This document shows positions 53,735 through 64,000 of a DNA stretch of 64,000 nt, in pieces. Made by a program: the position numbers and the translations under genes. The notes below the pieces were generated by a model that ran no database searches, was not told where the DNA came from, and was given only the letters and a program-made list of their open reading frames with translations. This stretch comes from the human T2T-CHM13v2.0 reference genome, Homo sapiens. Numbering within the stretch: position 1 is the stretch's first letter; each line of letters starts with the position of its first letter. The stretch is taken from the NCBI RefSeq assembly GCF_009914755.1, contig NC_060932.1. One strand, given 5' to 3'.

Positions 53735-55931
53735 TTTACTGACTTTTTAATAATAGCCAGTCTGACTAGTATGAGATGGTATTTCATTGTGGTTTTGATT
53801 TGCATTTCTCTGATGATTAGTGATGTTGAACATTTTTTCATATATTTGTTTGCCACTCATATGCCTTCTTTTTAGTAGTTCCTGGTCATATTTTCTGCTT
53901 ACTTTTAAATGGGGTTGTTTTTGCTTGTGAAATTGCTTAAGTTCCTTAGAGAATCTGGGTGTCAGGCCTTTTTCTGATGCATAGTTTGCAAATAAATGCT
54001 CTCATTCTGTAGGTTGTCTCTTTACATTGTTGTCAGTTTCTTTGGCTGTGCAGATGCTCTTTGGTTTTATTAGGTCTTGTATCAATTTCTGATTGTGTAG
54101 CAATTGCTTTTGATGACTTAATCATAAATTATTTCCAAGGCAAATGTGCAGAATGGCATTTCCTAGGTTAACTTCTAAGATTTTTGTAGTTTTGGGTGGA
54201 CATTTAAGTCTTTAATCTATTTTGAGTGAATTTTTGTATATAGTGAAAGATAGTGGTCCAGTTTTATTCTTCTACATATAGATAGGCAGTTATCTCAGCA
54301 CCATTTATTTAACAGGGAGTCCTTTCCCCACTGCTTATTTTTGTCAACTTTGTTGAGGATCAGATGATTGTAATTGTAGGTGTCTGGCTTTACTTCTGGG
54401 TTCTCTATTCTTTTCCATTGGTCTATATATCTATTATTATACCAGTACCATGCTATTTTGGTTACAGTGGTTTATAATACAGTTTGAAGCAAGTAATGGG
54501 ATGCCTATGGTTTTGATCATTTTGCTTAGGATTGCTTTGGTTATTCAGGGTCATTTTAGGTTCCATCAAAATTTAAAATTGCTTTTTTTCTAATTCTGTG
54601 AAAAGTGATATTGGTAGGTTTGATAGCAATAGTGTTGAATCTATAGTTTGCTTCAGGTAATATGGCCATTTTAATGATTTTGATTCTTTCAATCAATGAG
54701 CATGGAATGATTTTCCATTTGTTTATTGTCATCGCTGATTTTTTCAGCAGTGTTTTTTAGTTCTCCTTGTAGAAATCTTTCAGCTCTTTGGTTAGAAGTA
54801 TTCCTAGATATTTTATTTTATTATATTTTTGTGGCTATTGGAAATGAGGTTGCATTCTTGATTTGGCTCTCAACTAGAATGAGATATTGGTGTATGGAAA
54901 TGCTACTGACTTTTGGACATTGATTTTGTATCCTAAAACTTCACAGAAGTCATTTATCAGTTGCAGGAGACTTTTGGTGGACTCTATAATATTTTCTAGT
55001 TATAGAATTATACAAACAGTGAAGAGAGATAATTTGACTTATTTTTTACTTGAGTGTCTTTTGTTTCTCTTACTTGCCTGATTTCTCTAGCTAGGATTTC
55101 CAGTACTATGTTGAAGAGGAATAGTAAGACTGAGGATTATTGTCTTGCTTCAGTTCTTAAGGGGAATACTTCTACCTTTTTCCCATTCAATACGATATGG
55201 ATTTGTCATAGATGGCTCTTATTATTTTCAGGTATGTTCCTTTGATGCCTAGTTACTTCAGAATTTTTGTCATGAAGAGGTGTTAAATTTTATCAAAGCG
55301 TTTTCTGCATCTATGTTGATCGTCACATTGCTTTTTTCTTCTAATACTGTTTACGTAGTGAGTCGCAGTTATTGATTTGTATACATTGAACCAAACTTGC
55401 ATCCCAGGAATAAAGTCTACTTGGTTGTAGTGAATTAACTTTTTGATGTGCTGCTGGATTCAGTTTGCTAGTATTTTACTGAGGATTTTTACATTCATGT
55501 TTATCAAAGATACTGGCTTATAGTTTTCATTTTTCATTGTGTCTTGGTCATGTTTTGGTAGCAGGATGGTATTGGCTTCATTGAATTAGTTAGGGAGGAT
55601 CTGCTCCTCCTTGATTTTTTTGAAAGTGTTTTGGTGGGATTGGTATTATCTCTTCTTTGTATCTCCCATAGAATTCGGCTATGAATCCATCTGGTCTAGG
55701 GCTTTTTTTTTTTTTTTTTTTTTTTTTGGTTTGTAGGCTTATTACTGATTCCATTTGAGAACTTATTATTGGATTGTTAAGGATTTCAGTTTCTTCCTGA
55801 TTCAGTTTTGGGAAGTTGTGTATTTTCAGAAATTTAGCCATTTTTTCTAGACTTTCTAATTTGTGTGCATGTAGTGTTCACAATAGTCTCTCAGAATCTT
55901 TTTTGTTTCTGTGGGATCAGTTTTAATGTTT

Positions 55932-56058
55932 CCATCATTCTAAGCAAACTATCACAAGGACAGAAAACCAACCACCACATGTTCTCACTCATAAGTGGAA
56001 GTTGAACAATGAGAACACATGGACACAGAGTGGGGAACATCACACACCGGGGCCAGTC
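55932..56058 (+). mobile_element. 127-bp L1PA fragment (ORF2 end and 3'UTR start), no tail, no TSD
   Basis: ccatcattctaagcaaactatcacaaggacagaaaacc...acatcacacaccggggcc, in opposite orientation to its host. Confidence 0.88.
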
Positions 56059-57050
56059 AATTGTATTTTTAAACTCTTTTAATGAGTTTTTAATTCCAGA
56101 AAATCTGGTTAATTTTTAAAGATATGTATCTCTTCCTTCATTTCCTGGATTGCTTTAGTAGTTTCTTTGCATTGATTGTCAACTTTGTCTTAGATCTCCT
56201 TAAGCTTCCTTGTAATCTCTGCTTTAAATCTTTATCTGTCATTTCTGAGTTTCCATTTTGGTTAAGGGCCATTGCTGAAGAGCTAGTGTTATCCTTTGCT
56301 GGTGTCACAACATTCAGATTTTTCATGGTGCCAGAATTCTTACACAGAGTGGTTCCTCTCATCTGGAGAAGCTGACACTTTTACATTTTATAATTATTTG
56401 GGGGAAGATAGGATTCTTTTTCTTTCCCTTTCCCGCCCTCTCTAGGGTGTGTGACTATAGATTATATTGTGTAGGTCCTTTGGCTTTATTTCTATAGCCC
56501 TATGCATTTCTATTAGCAGGTTTTATATGTTGGGCTGTGCAGTTCAATCTAAAAGCCAGTAGATGGTACTTATGGGTAAGAGTCAGCTGAGACACAAGCA
56601 AACAGGTATGTACCTGATCTTTGTTAAATGGAAGTTGCTTTCTGTTTTTTCAGTTGGTCAGCTAGATGGTGGAGTGCCTGGTGCCCTGAGCCTCCTGTTC
56701 CATGGGGATGGGAGCACACAACTTTACGGAGCTGAAGCCCTTGGCTTGCCACAAATACTCCAATGCCAATTGCAGGCACAAGCCTTGACAAGGGTGGCTA
56801 AGAACAGCTCCTGGTGAAAGGTGCTTAGGTCTCTCTGTTGCCTGGATGTGTTGGCAGGCTGCACCTGCTCTCCATCATAGATATACAGGAATAGGATATG
56901 TTTCTCTGTCACACCCCTTTTCTGGGGGTCATTACCACTAGTTCAGATGCATATTGTAGTCCATTTCCAGACCCCAATGCAATTGAGAACCATGGGAAAA
57001 ATATTTTGAAAATGCTTAAAATTCAATGATGTAAGAAATTATCGGGTTTT

Positions 57051-60000
57051 GGCAAAGACACAGCAAAAAAAAAAAAGTGAAAAATACAGGCCAATATTCT
57101 TGATGAATATGGATGCAAAAATCCTCAGAATACTAACAGATGAAATCTAGCAGCCCATCAGCAAGTGAATTCATCATGATCAAGTAAGTTTTATTCCTGG
57201 ATTGCAGGGTTGCTTCAACATGTGCAAATCAATAAATGTTGTTCATTACCTAAACAGAATTAAAAACAAAAACATATAGTTATCTCAACAGATGCAGAAA
57301 AATCCTTTGATAAAATCCAAAATTTCTTCATGATAAAATCTCTCAGCAAACAAGGCATTGAAGGAACGTACTTCAAAATAATAAGAACCATCTATGATAA
57401 ACCCACAGTTAACATCATATTGGACAGGTAAAAGGTGGAAGCATTCCTCTGGAGCACTGGAACAACACAAGGATGCCCACTTTCACTACTCTTATTACAC
57501 ATACTACTAGAAGTCCTAGCTAGAGCAATTGGACAAGAAAAAAAAAGCATTTAAATAGGAAAAGAAGAATTCAAACTATCTCTCTTCACTGACAGTATGA
57601 TTCTATGCCTAGAAATCCTAAAAACTCTCCCAAAAGGCTCTTGAAACTGATAAATGACTTCAGTAAAATTTCAGGTTACAAAATTAATGTCCAAAATCAG
57701 TGGCATTTCTATATACCAATAACATTCAGGCTGAGAGACAAATCAAAAACACAATCCTATTTTTCAATAGCCATTAAAAAAATGAAATACCTAGAAATAT
57801 ATCTAACCAAGGAGCTAAAAGATATCTACAGGGAGAGTTACAAAACAGTGCTGAAAGATAGCAGATGACACAAACAAATGGAAAAATGGTCCACGCACAT
57901 GGATTGCAAAAATTAATATCATTAAAATGGTCATAATGACCAAAGCAAACTACATGCTATTGCTACCAAACTACCAAGATCATTTTTCACAGAATTAAAA
58001 AAATGTTTTAATACTTATCCAAAAGAAAAAAAAACAGCCCAAATAGCCAAAGCAATCCTGAGCAAAAGTAACAAAGCTGGAGGTATCACGTTACTTGAAA
58101 TCAAACTATAGTACAAAGTTACTGTAATCAAAACAGTATGGTACTCGTACTAAAATGGAAACATACACCAATGTAAAAGAATAGAGAACCTAGAAATAAA
58201 GCCAGACAACTGCAGTCATCTGATCCTTTTCAAAGTTGATAAATAAGCAATGGGAAAAAGATTCTCTTAATAAATGGTGCTGGGTTAACTGGCTATCTAT
58301 CTGCAGAAGAATGAAACTGGACCCCTACTTTTTTTTCTTTTTTTAATTTTAGGTTTGAGGGTACATGTGAATGTTCATTACATAGGTAAACATATGTCAC
58401 AGGGGATTGTTGTACATGTTATTACATTATGCAGGTATTAAGCTCAGTACTCAGTAGTTATCTTTTCTGTTCCTCTCCCTCTACCTATCCATTTTCCCAC
58501 AAAAGACATGATGTTATTCTTTTTATGGCTGCATAATATTCTGTGGTGCATATGTACCACATTTTCCTTATCCAATCTGTCATTGATGGGCATTTAGGTT
58601 GATTCCATGTCTTTGCTATTGTGACCAGGGCTGCGATGAACATTTGTGTGCATGTGTCTTTATGGTAGAATGCTGTATATTACTCTGCATATGTACTTAG
58701 TAATGGGGTTGCTGTGTCAAATGGTAGTTCTTTTTTTAGTTTTTTTGAGGAATCACCATGCTGATTTCCACAATGGGGATTTAAACTCCCACCAGCAGTG
58801 TATAACGGTTCCCTTTTTCCACAATCTCACTAACATCTCTTACTTTTTTTACTTTTTAATAAAAGCCATTCTGACTGGTGTGAGATGGTATCTTACTGTG
58901 GTTTTGATTGGCATTTCTCTAATAGTCAGTGATAATTGAGCTCTTTTTCATATACTTGTTGGCTGCATGTATGTTTTCTTTTGAGAAGAGTCTGTTCATG
59001 CCCTTTGCCCACTTTTCTATGGGGTTTTTGGTTTTCTTTTGTAAATTTGTTTAAGTTCCTTATAGATGCTCGATATCAGACCTTCGTCAGATGTGTAGTT
59101 TGCAAATATTTTCTCCCGTTTTATAGGCTGTTTATTCTGTTGATAGTTTCGTTTGCTATGCAGAAGCTCTTAAGTTTAATTAGATCCCACTTGTGAATTT
59201 TTGTTTTTATTGTGATTGTTTTTGGTGTCTTTGTTATTAAATCTTTGCCCACTCCTAGATCCAGGATGGTATTGTCTAGATTGTCTTCCAGGGTTTCTAT
59301 AGTTTTGGATTTTACATTTAAGTCTTCAAGCCGTCTTGAGTTGGTTTTTGTATATGACATAAGGAAGGCACCCTACTTTTCACCATATGCAAACATTAAC
59401 TCAAGATGGATTAAAGATTTAAATGAAAGATCTCAAACTCTAAGGATTCTATAAGAAAACCTAGGAAATGCCATTCTTGACGTTAGACTTGGGAAAGAAT
59501 TGGTAAGTTTTCAACAGCAATTGCTACAAAAACAGAAATTGACATTTGGGACCTAATTAAACCAAAGAATTTCTGCACAGCAAAAAAAAAAAAAAAAAAA
59601 AAATCAACAGAATAAACAGACAACCTACACAATGAGATAAAATATTCACAAACTGTGCATTGAACACAAGTGTAAAACCTAGAATCTATAAGAAAATTAC
59701 ACAATTCAATGAGCTAAAAGCAAATGACACTGTTAAAAAGTGAGCCAAGGACATGAGCAGACATGTCTTTTAAGAAGACATCCAATTAGACAACAAATAT
59801 ATGAATAAATGCGCAATATCCCTATATATCAGAGAAATGCAAATCAAAACCACAATGAGATACCATCTTATACCAATCAGTCTTGCTATTATTAAAAAGT
59901 TAAAAACAACAAATGCCGGTGAGGTTGTGGAGAAAAGGGAATGCTTGTACATTGTTGGTGGGAATGTAAGTCAGTTCAGCCACTGTGGACAGCAGTTTGG

Positions 60001-60590
60001 ATGTTTCTCAAAGGAGTTAAAACATAACTACCATTTGACCCACTCTCATTACTGGGTATATATACAAAAGAAAATTAATCATTTTACCAAATAGACACAC
60101 ACACTGGTATGTTCATCACAACACTTCACAATAGCAAAAACATAAATCAAAGTTGATGCCATCTATGGTGAATGGGATATAGAAAATATAGTATATATAC
60201 ACCATGGAATACTATGCAGCCATAAAAAATACTTTTTGTATCTTTTTTGCAGCAGATACTTTGCAGCAACTTGGATGCAATTGGAGGGCATTATCCTATG
60301 TGAATTAATGCAGGAACAGAACACCAAATTCTGCATGTTCTTACTTATAAATTGTATCTAAACATTGGGTACTCATTGATATAAAGATTACAACAATAGA
60401 TACTAGGGACTGCTGAGGGGAGGGAGAGGAACAAGGTTTATAAATCTAACTATTACATACTATCTGGTTGAGAAGTCATTCCTATCCCAAACCTCAGCAT
60501 CAGGCAATATAACCAGGTAGCAAACCTGCACATGTACCCCCTGAATCTAAAATAAAAGAAATTATAAAAAATAAAATAAAATAAAAATAT
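57051..60590 (+). mobile_element. 5'-truncated L1PA15/16-like element (RT region to poly-A)
   Basis: caggccaatattcttgatgaatatggatgcaaaaatcctc...; 3' end aacctcagcatc...ctgaatctaaaataaaa; possible decayed TSD aagaaattatcgggttt / aagaaatgaccaggctt. Confidence 0.9.
58333..59370 (-). mobile_element. Nested L1PA (about PA11-15) 3' fragment with a deletion in the 3'UTR
   Basis: TSD ccctactttt (58323-58332 / 59371-59380); host ORF2 resumes seamlessly after it. Confidence 0.9.
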
Positions 60591-62689
60591 TTTAATAAAG
60601 AAATGACCAGGCTTAATTATTATAATGCATGTTTTGTTTTTATCTGATTTTTCAATAATACATGGACATCTTACAATATTTAAAAGTCAAAAAGAAGAAG
60701 TTAAGTACAAAACAAAATTGCCAACTCTCTTACGCTACTCAGTCACAACCACTATTAACATTTTATTTTATTTATTTACAGGTTTAACTTAAGCGAACGA
60801 TGTATATGTTGCCATTTTCAATTTTTACTTTTTGTTTTTTATTAAATTAGGGGTCACTATGAATGTGGATTTTTTCATCACGCATTATTTAGAGAGAGTG
60901 TTTTCATGTCAAATAGAATGTTCTAAACATATTTTTGAAGGCTCTTCAAATTTTCATTATATAGATTGTAGTTTGTTCAATTCTTAATCTTAGTTATAAA
61001 CCCTGTTTTTGATTTTTGTTATTATAAAAGATAATTATTGGTATACATTTACGATTATGTCAAATGTGGAATAAGATAAATTATCAAATGTGGAATGTAA
61101 CTCCAAAATAAAAAATAAAATTGAAACATATGTTGCCTATATGCATGTATATATGTGTGTGTGTTGTATGTATGTGTATATATATATAAAGAGAGAGGGA
61201 AAGAGTCTATTTATTAAGGCTAGGCCAATAAATAAAGATGCCTTTATATTTTACCATTAACCAAAAGTATTTTCAAGTATTTCACATATTAGTATAATGT
61301 TGTAACTCAAACTTTTCAGTGACCTATGGTAAGTTAAAATAGGAATGTGAAGAAATGTGTGATTTTGCTTATAGCCTCTGGATATTTTGGGATAAACCTC
61401 ATTCAGAAAACAAGTAAGAATTTGAAATAAAAACAATAACTTCTAAAAAGGAAAAAAAGTTGAAAGGGCATTGAGGAATTACTGAACTAGAAGATGACAG
61501 GAATCTAGATATCCATATAGTGAATCTGAAATCAAGGTCCTTTTTTTTTGTCAGTGTTTGTATGTCAATCAAGAAGAGGTAGTTGAAAAGTCTAAATGAA
61601 AATTATAATGGAAAATATGTTACAGATGTAGCTCTGACTAATCTTTCAATTTATTAGACATGTAATATGTGACAATAAGAGGTAGCTGCTTTTGTGAAGC
61701 TTACAATCTGAGATAATACATGAGGTATAATTATTTAAAATAACTTATGATGGAAATTGTTATGATTTAAATATCAAATTAGTGTTCTGCAAAAGACAAT
61801 GTAGCAATAGTTGCATAAGGTTTTTCATTGTATTTTTGTAAACTGTATGGAAAGCATTCAGACCTTCAAAGGTTCTCAAATGTGAATGATACCAATTGCA
61901 GTATAATAAAGCATTTTATTTTAAAATTGGGTGGCCTTTTATAGGTGCAGGAAAAAGAAGTCTCAATATGTTTATCCCATGAAATTGTGATGTATTATTC
62001 AGAAATAAAACCAAAGAAATTTGACAAAATAGCCAGCTACAGTTGTAATAATATATTCACAATGGGCTAGCAAGTCATAATCTTGTATTCTCAACCTAGG
62101 TGTTTTTTTCATATTTACTTCTTCAAGGAAACTGAACCATCAGATAAAATAATATATATTATAAGCTTAAAATAATATATTATTTTATTTGATGCATTGA
62201 AACCCTTCTTATTGCTAATGTACTCATTCGCCTGACATTATTTTGGAATTGGGTGATTAGCAATGTCCACTACATTAGACTTTTTCATAAGACCCTGTTT
62301 CACACATAATGAATCAAAGTACCTCTTTTTATTATCAGGAAATTTTAAAAATCAAAGTGCCAATGAAACTGAATTATGAGAAACAAAAAAAAGTTTGCTT
62401 TTTCTGTAAGTTAAAAGAATTACTAGAATGATGTATAAAATAATAAATTATCAAAAGCACTAATATATCAAAGTTAGTTATATTGTTAGCAGTGTATCAT
62501 TTATTGAGTATCTATCACTGTATGTTACATAGAAATGTCTATAGCTCTGGCATGAATCTATTCCAATCTAATAGATTTATCTATCTCCTCTCCTACTCAG
62601 AAAACAAATTATAGAGCCTACACATTCAGTATCACTAATACTAGTACCCATAACAATAATAACAAAACTTATAAATACTATAGTACAAG

Positions 62690-62830
62690 GATATGTTCAA
62701 GCATTTTACAAATAGTAATTCAGTTAATACTCATAATGACCACTTGAGTAGGTGTTTTTGTGAAACCTGAATTCAATTCCAGTACCTGGATTCAAAGTTC
62801 ATGTTCTTAACTACAATATTATGCAATATC
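62690..62830 (-). mobile_element. MIR fragment
   Basis: agcattttaca...ttaatactcataatgacc...gagtaggt...gaattcaattccag...gattcaaagttcatgttcttaactac. Confidence 0.55.
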
Positions 62831-64000
62831 CACTAGCATAGCTTTTTTTAAAGGATAATGAAAAAAATGAATATTTTAAAATTTCATTGACAGTTAGTAT
62901 ATAATTTTTAAAAATACAAACACACTTTTTCTTCTCCAGATTTCACAATTAAGAATTCAGATCTATGTACATCCATGCTTGAGTACTTTCATATAGTTTT
63001 GTGTTGAATATTTAAAAATTTTGTTTTCTAATCTAAGTTTATGCTGATTTATTTTTGTGAGCAGTGGATAGCATATTTCTAAGACTACTTAATTATGTGT
63101 ATATCTGAGGCTAATATTTTTCCCTGTAGAGAGAAATTTCTTTGATTCAAAGAGGCCCCTATTGAGTTATAAAGCTATAGTATTCATAACGTTATTCTAG
63201 CAAAAAATCTTGAATTTAAAAAGAATACCTTTTCTCTGAGTGCTACACTATAGTAGTACTTCTTTTTCGAAAATGCAGGTAAGAAATTTTAAACCTTTCT
63301 CTATGAAAATATAAATACAAGAGGATATTAAAATATTTGTGATTTAATTTTTAAAATCATGGTATTTTCATTAAATATAGCAGGATATCTTTAATGGGGT
63401 GGTTTTTATTTTCTTCCGGTAAGTGCACAATACAGTTTCAAGCATTTAAATCCAGATATAATGTATATCATAACTTTTATTAAGGCTGTAATCCTTTTTG
63501 CATAATAATTATTCTTTCTGTACTTTTGGTTTTCACTTGTGGGAACTTTTGTTTTATTTCCCCTTCCCAATAAGGATTTTAAGAGTTTTTTTCCAATAAC
63601 AAATGCTCTACTCACAGTGAATTTAGTTATCCCTATGCTTAAAAATAGGTGCTATAGTTTCTGGTTCAAAGTCATATTTGAAAGAAAAACTCCATATTTT
63701 TTGTCCAAAATAAGCCACTCTTGAGAGTCAAAAGATTGCTATTAATAATTAGCAAACTCTGTGCAGTACCAATGGTTAGATGCCCTCTTCTATACGCCTG
63801 AGGCGATTCTCACAAAAGAGCAAAGCCAGCATGGTGAACTTGGCCACTTTCTCCAAGAAGTGCCTAGTGCTGAGCGTAATCAATCATTTTAATCTTCACT
63901 AGTTTCAAGGGTGATAAAACAACCTCTTTTTAATTGTGATTCTTTAATTCTGAAAGTGAGGATTTGACATATTCATTTTTTCTTTCTCTGAGATATCAAG

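Larger units (their letters stand above)
52543..56990 (-). mobile_element. Long L1PA15/16 (L1P4-type) element: 3'UTR, ORF2, ORF1 N-terminus and part of the 5'UTR, with an internal deletion
   Basis: ORF1 N-terminus CKNSGTMKNLNVVTPAKDNTSS (56138-56362); ORF2 LNQEETEILN..SPRPDGFIAEFY (55590-55841); [11 protein letters not shown] (52894-53175). Confidence 0.88.

Noticed and set aside
62168-62187. Perfect 20-bp palindrome taaaataatatattatttta
   Set aside because: AT-only low-complexity sequence, expected in this composition.

Overview
This is AT-rich primate (human or great-ape-like) nuclear DNA, either intergenic or deep-intronic, and dominated by transposable-element fossils. I found no host protein-coding gene, RNA gene or CRISPR array. 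The ORF-track entries I could assign are pieces of retroelements (L1 ORF1/ORF2, ERVL gag/pro, THE1 internal, Alu); the rest look like chance ORFs. Main contents: (1) an ancient minus-strand ERVL provirus (LTR16C-like LTR plus decayed gag-pro) at 1-4335 with several nested insertions; (2) a complete THE1 MaLR element with a TSD; (3) several solo LTRs (MST, LTR9-like, MER52, THE1, MER74-like, MLT1); (4) a young L1PA2-like 3' fragment; (5) old L1M and L2 blocks; (6) about ten Alus; (7) a MADE1 hairpin; (8) a head-to-head pair of L1PA15/16-like elements, each carrying a nested L1. I see no evidence of a new biological system. The most notable oddities are an orphan insert flanked by direct repeats inside LTR16C, a tail-less L1 filler at a large deletion junction, and a young L1 with no TSD. 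Subfamily names come from recalled consensus sequences and need confirmation with RepeatMasker/Dfam.
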